In this document: positions 11,075 to 23,622 of the stretch, piece after piece | Numbering within the stretch: position 1 is the stretch's first letter | How the letters are laid out: each line of letters starts with the position of its first letter | NCBI RefSeq assembly: GCF_036588685.1 | Contig: NC_086378.1 | Coordinates: forward strand, 31,496,001 to 31,560,000 | Length of the DNA: 64,000 nucleotides | Reading direction: 5' to 3' | From: Mytilus trossulus | Lineage: Eukaryota | Notes under the pieces: model-generated | Told to the model about the DNA's origin: nothing | What the model saw: only the letters and a program-made list of their open reading frames with translations | Databases searched by the model: none | Made by a program: the position numbers and the translations under genes

Positions 11075-13517
11075 ATGGCATCATCGAACATTAGGAGATT
11101 CTTAATTGGCCAAGTAATAGCAAAGGGTTCAGAAAGGATACCCTCAGTTCAAGTCCGTGTACCAAAAATGGTTCTAGATAAATATCTGTTAATGGTAAGA
11201 TATTTTATTTTTTTTGGATACAGGCTAGTATAATAATTTTTAGTAGTCCAAATAATTAAATTATGACATCTTGGAAGGCTGTCATACAAGTTAAATGACT
11301 TAGTGAGTCATTTAAATCACTCGAAACTAGGTGAGACATGCACAAAACCTTAGTATGGATAGTAAAATTTGGTATTTTCACTAAGTCATTTAAATCACTC
11401 GAAACTAGGTGAGACATGCACAGAAGTGATAGATAGATATGCATAATAAATATAAAAAATTGAGTATTTTAATAAAAAAAAATAATTGTATCATATACCC
11501 AAGTGCCTGTGCCTATATGAATCGATTCAGTGAATATTTTCCTTTAACATTAAACTAATTTTATTATCCCCACAGTGTTCCTCTTCACGGTAATCTACTC
11601 TCAATTTACTATTAAACCATGTCGAAAACTCGAACTACCATCTTTTCAATGTATCTACTTCTGGTTGTGGGCAGAATGCTATCTTTTTAAAAACGAAATG
11701 ATTCTGTAAAATTACCAGGTTATTATTTTCATTATCAATATATTTTTAAAGAGGGAATTTCACGGAAATAAGTACATTTATCTTTGTTATTAAAAAAATC
11801 AGAAAGTCAGTAACTAATTTGAATGAATTCGATAATACTAGAGAATTCCTAATGTATATGGTAATTCTAAAGATTTTCATCGATCTTTTATTTTGGAGGT
11901 AAAAAACATATTCAGATTCATAAGAATTAGGGGAAAGAAACTGAGTCAATGAAAACAAAATAAATTTGCTGCGATGTCAATTGGAAGTAGTTACATTGAA
12001 AAATGATAGTTCAAGTTTTCGACATGGTTTAGTGAATTGAGAGTAGATTACTGTGAAGAGGAACACTTTGGGGATTATGAAATTAGTTTAGTGTTAAAGG
12101 AAAATATTCACTGAATCGATTCATATAAGGTAGGGATTTTTAGCATTAAGTTGAAGGGTCGAAGAAGCGTCCTAAGCGGAGACTGTCGTGACCTAAAAAA
12201 AATTTGTTAGCCACCTTCTTCTATTTATATGGATAGTCGACCTTCCTATGGATAGAAACAAGTGCCTGGGATTTAGCTGCTGAGCTAATCTAAATTATTA
12301 TGACGTCTTGAATAGGCTATTATACTCTTTTCTTTGACGCCTTACATCGACAAGAAAGCGTCAAAAAGCTTTTAAATAACTTTAAAATAACCTTCCAATG
12401 AGTCATACTGACTATTTGGATTACTTCTAAACCTGAATTGATAACAATACACCCTCTTTACAAACCATCCCAATTTTCTGCTTAGACTCCCCACTTTTAA
12501 CCAACTTGCCACGCTTTTGAAAAAGAGTTTCATCGTGTTCAAATAATTATGAGTTGTAAGGCGTCACAGAAAATTAGATAGCCTTCAAGATGTCATAATT
12601 ATTAGGATTAAGTTTCATTCTGAAAAAATTTGGTGTAGCACTAATTAGCAGTAGCAAATATTCCCACCTCTCAAATGTAGACCCAGGGTAATAACACTGA
12701 CAGCCCTGTAGCCATGGTAGCCAGTACTTCAATACTGCTGGGAACACTCAACAGTATATATATATATCAAATATGAAATGAATCTTAATGAAGCACAATT
12801 AAAATTCAGATTTATCTTGTTTCTTAATGTACATTTTACATGTAGTCATGCATGTTAATGCTGTAGACTTGAATTGTTCTTTTCTGGGCAGTAAGAGTTA
12901 TCCTTCGTTCCATATATACAAATGTACAATGTAGGCAACTGACTCTCCTCATAAAAAAAAAACAAAAAAACATTTGCATTTGTATTTTATTTTTTTCATT
13001 TACATGTTGTACTGTTAAATCAATCATCCTTTTTATTTTTACTTTATGTGATTACATGCTTGTTATGAGCCCTATGATTAGGAAATAAAATATCTTTATC
13101 TTTATTTATCTTATCTTGTAGAGTGTTTACACTACATGTACATGTATACTGTTATTACACTTATTTTTTTAGACTAAAAAGAGCTGACCCAAATTTTTCT
13201 ATTGAAATTTGCAAATTATATGTATAAATATATTATTTATTTGATCCTTTCAGTATTTCAATCATCCTGACCAGTTCTGGGCAGCTGAAGCACCAGAAAC
13301 ACAAAGTAAAGTTGGAGATATAGTTAAAATACAAGAACTTGAAGAAAGAGCTAGTCCAACAATTACTCATCAAGTGCATGAACATGTGTTTAAAACGGGA
13401 GAAATAAGAGATCCTGTTACTGGAAAAAGATGTCGTGGCATGAAATATGTAGATGAAGAATGGAGGGATGCTGTTCAATCCAAACTAGAAAATGAAACTG
13501 GAAAATGGTTTTCTTGA
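11075..13517 (+). CDS. MRPS17: Mitochondrial ribosomal protein uS17m, 127 aa; exons 11075-11194 and 13254-13517
   Basis: MASSNIRRFLIGQVIAKGSERIPSVQVRVPKMVLDKYLLM|YFNHPDQFWA...SKVGDIVKIQEL...HVFKTGEIRDPVTGKRCRG matches MRPS17 motifs (LD.YLL.YFN, VGDIV, VFK.G...DPVTGK.C). Phase-0 GTAAG/TTTCAG intron; AATAAA at 13532. Absent from the ORF track. Confidence 0.93.
11514..12127. mobile_element. MITE/foldback element with ~145-bp terminal inverted repeats in the MRPS17 intron
   Basis: TATATGAATCGATTCAGTGAATATTTTCCTTTAACA... at 11514 is the reverse complement of ...TGTTAAAGGAAAATATTCACTGAATCGATTCATATA ending at 12127. Confidence 0.85.
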
Positions 13518-13725
13518 CGATTTTTAATATAAATAAAATTATCATACACAATTCTGACATATAATTTTAAAGACATGACTTCTAATCTTTTGTTTTCTGT
13601 TTACTATATTCTTGCCCCAACCATTTCCATTATGTTCTGCCTATGATGCATGTTGTAGAGTAGCATTATATTTTCTTATGTGTATCCACTGACCATGGAC
13701 ATAACATGTGTAATTGAGGGCATAC

Positions 13726-13879
13726 AAGGGCGGATCATGCCATTTCAAAAAGGGGGGGGTTCCCAACCCAGGACAAAGGGAGGGTTCTAACTATATGTCC
13801 CCATTCAAATGCGTTAATCAGCCAAACAAAAGGGGAGGGTTCCAACCCCCAGAACCCCTCCCCCTGGATACGCCAATGG
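13726..13879. mobile_element. ~150-bp MITE (CAG/AGGGCGGATC...GGAT.CGCC..TG family)
   Basis: Short TIRs and G/C runs; related copies at 15230-15380, 20820-20968 and about 39509-39647. Confidence 0.65.
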
Positions 13880-14436
13880 AATAATTTTGTCCTATAAATA
13901 AGGGGAATATAAAAATGAGGATTGGTGAAGTTATATGATTTGTTTTATGATTGCACTTTGATTTCTATCAAGATTTAATTAAATTAAAAATGGAAATTGG
14001 GAATGTGTCAAAGTGACAACAACCTTACCAAAAAAATAAAAAAAACAGCTGAAGGCCGACCACTAATAGGTATTCAACACAGCAAGAGAATTCCATATCC
14101 CCAGGTGGACTTCTGCTGGCTCCTAAACAAAATTGTGTACTAGTTCATCAGTGAAAATGGACGTCATAATAAACTCCAAAATATACCTGTATAAATGAAC
14201 TAAACAAACATTAAATTTACCAGACTTACAATAGCCAGAGGCTCCTGACATGGGACCTGGTCAAACATAAAGCATATACATTCTAAAAAATATTCTTTAA
14301 ACTTTAGATTTTAGCTGTTTACAGTTAAAAAGTTTTTTTCTCATTTCTTTTACTGGTAGTTTTGAATTAAAATGGGATGAAACACCATAATGGCACTTTA
14401 CAATTAGATTGTTAGGTAGCTAGCCCTACTGCTAAC

Positions 14437-14723
14437 TTAGGGAGCTACCATTTGATTTTTAAAAAAAATAGGCAGGACAGGAGTTTTGAGTAAAAAAAAA
14501 GGCAGGATGAGACACTTGCAAAAAAAAAAAAGTCAGGACGACAATTTAGGTAAAAAAAAGTCAGGATAAACTATAAAAAAAAAAGAAGACAGGACCGAAA
14601 AGAGTGAAAAATAAAAAGGCTGGACAGAGATAACAGCTAAAAAAAATGCAGGACAAAATTTTTCATCCCCCCCCCCCCCCCCCCCCCCCCCCCCACATAA
14701 AAATCAAATGGTAGCTCCCGTAA
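14437..14723. mobile_element. MITE, PIF/Harbinger-like
   Basis: TIR GGGAGCTACCATTTGATTTT / AAAATCAAATGGTAGCTCCC flanked by TTA/TAA. The interior has An-GCAGGA repeats and a poly-C run. Confidence 0.75.
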
Positions 14724-15229
14724 GTACAGAAGGATGCCTGTTCTGTCTTGAACAGTTTTAGAACGTTGAATTTAGTGGTCATTTTCAGACTTTATTGTGT
14801 TGCTCTATGAGGAAGTACTCTTACAGTTTGTGCCAAGTTGTGCAAATATCAACAAAATTAGACTGGAAGTGGAACTCTTTCCATAAAAAAAATTATCTGG
14901 ATTTGCTCAAGTTGCTGCAATCAGGCTAATTTAATTTATTTTATTTTATGATGTTTATATTAACTTTAGTATGTCCAATGTAGTGCTGTATTCATTAAAA
15001 ATGGCACACTATAAAAATAATCTGTCTGTAATCAGAAAAAAAATTGGAAAATTCTGACTTATACAAGATATCACAAGAGTTTTCAGAATTTCATTTCAGT
15101 GTGGAACAATTTTGGCCACTATTGAGCATTCCTGCTACCTGTAGAAACCACATCCAAAAGGGAGGAAACTGAGATAAGAAGATACATTGACTGCAGTTGT
15201 TTTAAGTGTTAAAAAAATGTAATGGTGAT

Positions 15230-15380
15230 CAGTGGCGGATCCAGAAATTTTCATAAGTGGGGGCCCACTGACTGACCTAAGAGGGGCCCACTCCAGTCAC
15301 GCTTCAGTGATTCCCTATATAAGCAACCAATTTTTTTCCCAAAAAGGGGGGCCCCCTGCCCCCTCCTAAATCAGCCTCTG
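15230..15380. mobile_element. MITE with 5-bp TSD (GTGAT)
   Basis: GTGAT|CAGTGGCGGATCCAG...ATCAGCCTCTG|GTGAT. Confidence 0.75.
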
Positions 15381-18300
15381 GTGATGCCCTTTTTGTATTC
15401 TGTGCCAACTAAACTGATGCAAACTAATGATGGTTCCTGTTAATAGTTTTAATCTTTAATCAATTTGATAACACTCAGTAGAGCAGGGAAGACATTGAAG
15501 ATTGTCAAAATAGAGTGTTACCATGTAATTCCATCGTCTTAAAAATGCATGAAACATTTGTCACTGGATTATAAGCAACAGCATTCAATAATATAATTCC
15601 AGTCGGGTTTTGTGACACACGCTTCTAAAAACCTTTCATCAGAATCAAATGCACAAAATCTTTAAAAAACACAAAAGCACAATCTTGGCTTTAACTCATT
15701 TCAGCAAAGTAGCTGTTATTAAGAATTAGAATACAATAGTAAAGAAAATGTTGGGGAAAACTTTAATAAGAGGCTGAGCGCATCCAAATGACATAAATGA
15801 CCAAACAACATTTAGAGGTGTCTGTAATATGTTGGGTTTTTTTTTTAGATCTTTCCAAGTCAATATATTGATCGACATCCTATCCCCAAATAACGAAAAT
15901 ATTAATGTCTATTTGACGAAGTTCCTAGTTTGGGACTGGCTCGCGAAAATGTGGTGTGGTTAAACCAGCATATTTGAAATATATATTTCCCCCGTTTTAG
16001 TCGCGATTAGTAGATTTACGAAAGAAGTAAATACAAAAAGGGGGAAGCCCGTAAAAAAATGCCAAATAAAACTCTAAAATATATCAACTAATGGAATACA
16101 TCTATCATATTCCTGACTTGTACAGGCATTTTTAGTGGATTGAACCTTATGTTCATAGCTAGCGGAACTTCCCACGGATGTGTGTAGTTCTGTTGTGTCG
16201 ATAATTTGGCTGAGCAAGCAAAACACTCAATTCAATTCTTAATTACTTTAAGCACATTATGCTTATCAGTGCAATAAATACAAATACATTTCTATAACAC
16301 AACATGACATAATACATCAGAGAAGCAAATAAATATCAAGTATTGACCAATAACAGTTTGGTCCTATGATTAAGTGCATTAAACAAGAATTTACATACTA
16401 CAATAAGAAATCAATATACAAAGAAATCTCACGAAGAAACCAACCCAACAAAAAAGTATTGCAGTTAATAGTAAATCTCACAGAGACGTTAACAAAAAAA
16501 AATGTTATATGATTAAATTGGAAGACACAAACAGACTTTTTTTGTACTTTTATATCTGACAAAAGAGCCAACACAAAAGCTTATGTATTTAAAATTATGA
16601 CCAACTGAAATTGCAATTCGTTTAAAAAAAACAAACTGTTCAACTGGTCAGAATTTTTTTACAAACTGCTGTAGATAACCTCAATCGACTTGCATATTAA
16701 CAATCCTATAAGACTTTTAATTCCACTTCATTTATGCAAAGACATATAATAGTATTATGTATCACTGATTTATGTAGTGAAAAATCACTGAGTTAACAAT
16801 TTTATACACATTTAATTGTTGTTGTAACTTTGAATTATGTCAGTGACTGCTATGGATAGACTTAAGAAAATTTGGAGATGATAGTAAATAGAAAATACAA
16901 GTGCTTTGTAGTATATTGTTATGACCGTATAACACAGTCAGACTGAAAAACTTAAGAAGAAGAAAAACCGGATTTAAAAAAAAGGAGGGCTAAATGAAAT
17001 AGTCTTTTCCCCCCAAGTACCTATATGCTTTGAAGAAGTGAAATGATAGAACATAATTGGAAACCGTTATCAGCTTCTTACGGCGGTCGAACAACGAACA
17101 TAAAGTAATGAAATTTTTAGAAAAAAAACTATAGGTTTTCTACAGGAGATACCATTTTCGTTTATTTTGGTTATGCAGACTAAAGGCAATATTGGAACAT
17201 AGAACCTCCTTTGACATTTGGGGTTTCATTTGTTTTTCTATAAAATTTTCTTAATTATTTCATTTTATTTTCTCTTATTTGTTCTCGGACGTGATATGAA
17301 TAGAAAAGTGTTGTCCGATGAACGCAAAGGATAGTCTTGCATTGGCATTTTGATAATTTTGATAAATAATTGACACATATCATTCGGTTGCAATGATATT
17401 TACACACTTATATATAAATACATTAATACTTCTCTGCCAGTGCCGTAACAACATTGAGGCAAATGAGGCGAATACCTCATGTTGGAAATTAAAAAAAAAA
17501 AAAAAAAATTTAAAAAAAAACTGAAACAAAAGATTGTCTTCTGACATATCAAATTCAATTTTTCTTAGTATGGACAAGGACTTATAAAGCCTATATACGT
17601 CCCTGGTATGGATTGTAAAAAATTGGGTATTTTCTCTGAGTCGTTTAAATCACTCGAAACTAGGCGAGACATGCACAGAAGTGATAGATATGTAAATATC
17701 GAATATTTTAATCAGCAAAATAAAAATTAAAAAAATATCTACAGATATATACCCATCACGCGCCTAAGGATAAAACTAGACAGCTGCCATGGTTTAAATC
17801 AAAGTAAGACCACCAATTTCCCGGTATTAAATAATTTGGAAAAAAAATCCAATGTATTTGCATATGACATTTTACATTGGGTAAAACTTGCATTAAGTCG
17901 TGTTCAGACCCTTTAACAGAAAATAAAGGAATATGGAGTAAACATGCAGGGAACATAATCGCACACAGAGTCATTGCATAGAAAAAAATACAAATCAATG
18001 GTCAAAGCTTTTATTCCTGTTCTACATCTTGATAGTGAACTTGTTGGAGGGTCTTCAATAATAAAAGAATCATTAATATACCGTAAAACAAAATCAAGAT
18101 AGTTCCTAGTGTCAACCTATGCAGGACTAGAACTTAGAGTATAATACTGCACTCTCAATATATTTAAATCTAGTCATAAAAAATCAGCACAATATTAGAC
18201 AAAAACTGACAGACCGGTATTAATGATTATAAGAATTACGATTTTTGCTTTATCCTACATATTGGTCTTTTAATCTTGTCCCTAAAACCGAAAAAATCTT

Positions 18301-20404
18301 GTATTACAATAAATCTATATTTTTGATTTGAGACCAGAATATTGTGGAAAAAATAGATAAATTTTTTTTGCGTTTCAATATAAGAAAGAGTCCGGGAAAC
18401 GCTCAGAATGCACGATTTCGCGTTATTCGTCTAACGGTCCTGTTTGCGATATATGATTCTTTTTTTAAAAGTGAACCATCTTAATAGTTTGAATAAATAT
18501 TTTTATGGTGTATCGTATGCTTTTTTAGGAATGTTTCTGGCTACTCTTTTTTGTAGTTTTAACTTTTTTCATATTTGTATCACTCGTGACTGTCCATATA
18601 ATACAGCAATGATCAAAGAGAGGAAGTACATTACCATAATAAAATAAAATAAGCATGAAATTGAAAAAGAGCACACACATTTTAAAATAAGGTAACATAA
18701 GTTGATAACTGAAAGAACACACTTTCTTTCTACCATTTATCAATTTCACTAAAATGACAAAAAACACTTCCACGCCCAAATAAGCGGCGATACTGGCATT
18801 CTTCGTAGCAGGTAGTGACGTCGTCGTCTTTTTGATTGTGTCGTACTGTCGCCTTGACGTTGACTCTATGGTTTATGAGAGGGAGCTTCTGTCGAACGTT
18901 TTTCAACATGTAAGTAATTAAAATGTCTAAATAATTCTACTACTAATAATAAATTCTTTAATTAAAGAGGTTAATGTCTTTCTTTGTTCTACTTTTGATA
19001 ATCACTTACTTTGTAAAGAGCTCACATCAAATACAGATTACGATTTTATACTTGTAAGCAATTCAAATTAAAGAAATCCTTTCCTAACTTCGACAATGAT
19101 TGGGATTTACTTGGATAATATAAAAAAATGATTTGAAGAGATGGTAGATAAACAAGTGTAGAACAAAGATACAAGTTTGGCTAAAGTATAAAATATAAAA
19201 TTGCCTCTTCATAGCTAGTCTTTTTTTCCATTGTTGGGTTACTGTCTCAATGATTTATAATCATGATTCCTTTGTTAATATGTATCACAATTTAGTGTTC
19301 TATTTAAAAAATAATTAACTAGGGCCTTTTTAATGTCTTAATAAGATGTCATAGAAGTTACATATCTAAAAGAGTGTAGCGTCTAACTTTTGCCGATATT
19401 TTTAAAAGATTGATTCGAAGAAACTACTTCCTTATGGTTTAAAAATGTGTTTATCTTAAAAAAAAAGAAAAAAAAGAAAAGAAGATTAGATATGACCAGA
19501 AATGTATACGTTGTATATGAAATTAAGGAATTGTAGAGTAATCCATGTTGAAATCATCTAGTCAAGCCATTCAATACCGCATCTCTTCGATATTTGTTGT
19601 TTCTTTTTCAAAAGGGTTGAGGTTGGTTGGCTTTTGTTTGCAAGGTGTAACAGGTCGGGACCACCACCTTATATTGAAATGCATAAATTTGCATATTTAT
19701 GTTTTCGCACATGTACTTGTTTATTTACATGTGACGCAATTTATTTTTTACCGGGCTAGGTTTTTTACCAATCCACTAAATGAGTTACAATGCATGATGG
19801 ACTACTACGTGTTTACAATCAACCAAAAACACGTGTTATTTACTGAAATACAACACATTATTTCGTGCAATGCGGGATTCTCAATTTCGCTTTGTTTTTC
19901 ATTTTGTGTATCCTCATTTATAGTTCGTGATATAAAGTATTAATGCTCAGATTAACGAAGATTTGTTTCTATGCGAAGAAAAAAGGGTTTGAATTACCCG
20001 ATATATAGCCATTAACGTGTTTGATGATGGCACAGAGATTTCATGTATTTGTCCACCAGACAGCAACGAAACAACAGCAAAAAAAAAACACAATTACCCA
20101 TGAGACAAACTAACTACTGTAAAGTAATCCGTCGATAAACGCCGGTGCTGATATTCACGAGTACAGCAATATTCGTATAGATAATTAAAAGGATATATGG
20201 AAACCTTGAATTTTGGGTTCGTAAAAAGGCGAAGAAAGATTTACATACATGTCAGTGTTAACAAAATCTATAAGTATTTTTTTGGGTCACATTTCAGTAT
20301 ATGGGACTTCCAAACTGTTCCCTTTGTTTTGAAGGTAGTGAAGTCAGCAACTGTAATTTCAGTTTATTCGTTTTTTAACGGGCTCGGACATTTGCCAAAC
20401 TGAA

Positions 20405-20643
20405 TAAAATCATTACAGCTGATTTCTTTTACCTGCAAAGTAAAACTTTGGTTGAGTTGCTTGCTTTGTTTGTATAGTTGTTTATATACAAGATTTGAAA
20501 ATAAGATTAACATATTTAAACAATATATATATAGGCATAGTTAAACTTGCATATTTTATATTTTGTACAATATACAAATAAAGCAAGCAAGCTAACCAAA
20601 GTTTTGCTCTACATGCATTGGGAAATAAGCTGTAATGATTTTA
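20405..20643. repeat. Imperfect ~240-bp inverted repeat (old MITE/hairpin)
   Basis: TAAAATCATTACAGCT...AAAACTTTGGTT...TTGCTTGCTTT pairs with AAAGCAAGCAA...AACCAAAGTTTT...AGCTGTAATGATTTTA. Confidence 0.7.
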
Positions 20644-20819
20644 TCCATATGTATGTGCAAGGTTGAACATTTGATATGTTTTTGCCGCCTAGAAAAACAC
20701 GAAAACTTTCATTGAAACTCTTCTTTCTGTACTGAATGTGTTTTTTTCTATCAGGACCTGAAATAATAGTAAGAACATAATAATATTCAGTATGCTAAAA
20801 ATAAGTGTTATGAAAGCGG

Positions 20820-20968
20820 CAGGGACAGATCCATCCATTTTAAAAAGGGGGTCCTAACCCTGGAAAAAATGGGAGGGGGTTCCAACTACATGACCCTATA
20901 CAAATGCACTGATCGTCCAAAAAAGGGGGTCCATCCCCCGGAACCCCCGCCCCCTGGATCTGTCACTG
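20820..20968. mobile_element. ~150-bp MITE, same family as 13726
   Basis: CAGGGACAGATCCA...TGGATCTGTCACTG with near-TSD AGCGG/AGCAG. Confidence 0.7.
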
Positions 20969-22407
20969 AGCAGAGATAGTTGAGAACCGATATGCATATT
21001 TAAATGTTAATGAGTAAACTTAAAACCCTTTGAGCTTGTCATTGTCGAGCCTGCAACTTCAAAAAGCTAAATATTTCAGAAGGTAGAAGACCTTGATTCT
21101 TTCTTTTTTGTATACAGATGCCTTATTTTACGAATTTTCCGTCTGTCATATGTCCATTGTCCTTGACCTTATATTCCCGATGTTCCATGACTACTTGAAA
21201 AAAAAGTTTAGATTTTTAGTATTCTTAATGAGTAATAGGATAATCATATTTGGTATGTGGAAGGTCCTCATGCCAGTCAGACAGTTTTACATTGACTTCA
21301 ACAACATTTCATGGATCAGAGAACAAGGTTACGTTTTTCGTGGTTAATTTGTAAAAACTATAATCAATAGGTCTACAATATCATTTGGTGTATGGAATAA
21401 TTGTGAGGTGAACATGTCTAACTGACTTCGATCTCATTTTCATGGTTCAATGCTTATAGTAAAAGTTTGTGTGTTGTGATCTGGTTTATAACATTGTATG
21501 CAAAAGGTCAACTATATATATCTAGTGTATGCAAATATTTTATTATTTACATGTCAGTTTGGCATGTTTCATTTGAGTTTGACTTCATTTTCATGGTTCA
21601 TTACTCATGCTAAGTTTTTGGTCTGTTTTTTCTTGTACTTTTAAAAGCAATACTAGGTCAACTATATTTGGTGTATATGTCTCTCTGGATATTATCATAT
21701 GACCACGACCTAATTTTCATGGTTCATTGGAAAATCTTAAGTTTTCCTGGTTAAGTTTGTTTCTTAGATACTATACACAATAGTTAAACTATATTTAAAG
21801 CATGTGATTATTCTAATCATTTTCTTGTATAATGTTAAGTTTGCTGTATACTGTTACAACACTGTCCTAGGTTCTGGACAGGGAATGGCACTTGCAAAAA
21901 ATGTTCAACTCTACCACATTCAGTATTCACCAGTCCCAAGTCAGGGGCCTGTAATTCAGTGGTTGTTGTTTATTGCATTATATTGTATTAGTTTTTTTGT
22001 TTCTTTGTACATACATGTAACTCAAGCCTTTAGTTTTCTGGTTTGAATTATTTCACATTTGTCATTTTGGTGCCTTTTTATAGCTTACAATGTGTGGATC
22101 TAAATCTGTTAACTTTTACACAGTTTGGTTTCTGGTGGAGTTGCCTGATTATACCACATCTTTTATCTTTATATTATTGTTTACTGCCGCTAAAATGTAT
22201 TAAAAGGACACTGCAAAGAGAACAATGCCAACAACCAAGTAAAGTACAAAAATTAAGTACATTGAATTTGATGAGATACAAATTACAGAAATGGGCAATA
22301 TAGGAAAGGTGTACTGACACAAGTAGTCTCTAAACACATTAGCTCCAATGGAGCTTTCGTTAGTAGAAGCCATATTAACTATGTGTATCAGTGAGAAAAG
22401 TGTAAAA

Positions 22408-23126
22408 GCATAAAAATATAGTATATATACCAATACACATAATTAACAGCGCCTGGTGATGTTTTATAGCCTGACCGGTTTCGGTCCATAAAGGACCTTC
22501 ATCAGAGGCAGAATGGTGGATTAATGTTTGCACCCTATTTATATAGATATGGTAACCGGCGGTTGAGTAAGCCAGCGGTTGTGTTAACCGGCGGTTGAGT
22601 TAACCAGCAGTTCAGATTTAACTGGCCGTTTAGATTTAACCGGCTGCGGTTGGTTTAACCAGCGGTTGAGTTAACCAGCCGTTGAGATTTAACCGGCGGT
22701 TCAGAGATAATTAAATTATTAAAACACTCTTTACCCAATTATAAAGCCAAAATATGGTTATATCATCAGGTCACATGATTACCGTATAATGTCTAAAAGT
22801 TTACCGTAACATGTAAAGAAAGTTTACCGTAACATGTAAAGAAAGTTTACTGTAACATGTACATTAGCTAAATATAGATATTTGTAACCATGGAAAATCC
22901 CACTGAAAGGATAATTGAACCTTTTAGATATCAACAAGATACACATTTATCCACTGGATAACTTTGAGCCGCTGGTTCACTCTGAACCGCCGGTTAAATC
23001 TCAACCGCTGGTTAACTCAACGGCTGGTTAAACCAACCGCCTTTATGGACCGAAACCGGTCAGGCTATAAAACATCACCAGGCGCTGTTAATTATGAGTA
23101 TTGGTATATATACTATATTTTTATGC
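22408..23126. mobile_element. Inverted-terminus element (PLE-type tail-to-tail remnant) with hammerhead ribozyme and internal short tandem repeats
   Basis: 22408-22494 is the reverse complement of about 23040-23126, and about 22644-22705 mirrors 22980-23040. The interior has TTAACC(A/G)GCGGTTGAG repeats and a 23-bp repeat at about 22796-22860. Confidence 0.8.
22469..22509 (-). ncRNA. Minimal type I hammerhead ribozyme, core intact
   Basis: Minus strand: GCCT-CTGATGA-A-GGTCC TTTAT GGACC-GAAA-CCGG-TC-AGGC. Stem I is GCCT/AGGC, stem II is 5 bp, stem III is the palindrome ACCGGT, and the cleavage triplet is GUC. Confidence 0.85.
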
Positions 23127-23622
23127 AGTTTACAGAAATGACCTTTATCATCATAATCATTATTAATCAATGTCATGATATTACTTAAGGACATTTGGTA
23201 ATAATTATATGGACAATTTCTAATATTACAGCAAGTTCTATTAAATTTTGGCCTAGCCAATAACAAGATGGTCATTGGATGGCTAGAGTGATTGTATATA
23301 TTGGTACATATACATGTATCCCTTTTTTTCATCCAGAAATTGTGGAAAAAAAAATAAAGGTCAAATGAAATCTTTAACCTTTTATTACAATATTAACAAG
23401 TTACAGTAGATCTTATATTCACATTACTTGTGGTTCAATAAAACAGATCTGTCCTTATTTACGGACAAACTTCAAAAACAGATGTATACATTTACATTTT
23501 TTCAGTTCCTGTTTTTAAATCCAAGCTGCCTTTACTGAAGGTAAACAGACGTATAAACAAAAAGTGATTTTCTTTGTTTTAATGACTGTTGACCATAACT
23601 CTACATAATTATTCCAACAGTA

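Noticed and set aside
11306-11422. Repeat-spacer-repeat resembling a CRISPR array
   Set aside because: Only two adjacent units, in an intron of an animal gene, with no cas genes; a dispersed third copy points to a TE fragment.
19545-19943. 132-aa ORF and similar hydrophobic F/I/L-rich short ORFs throughout
   Set aside because: Composition expected from AT-rich non-coding DNA; no motifs or splice support.
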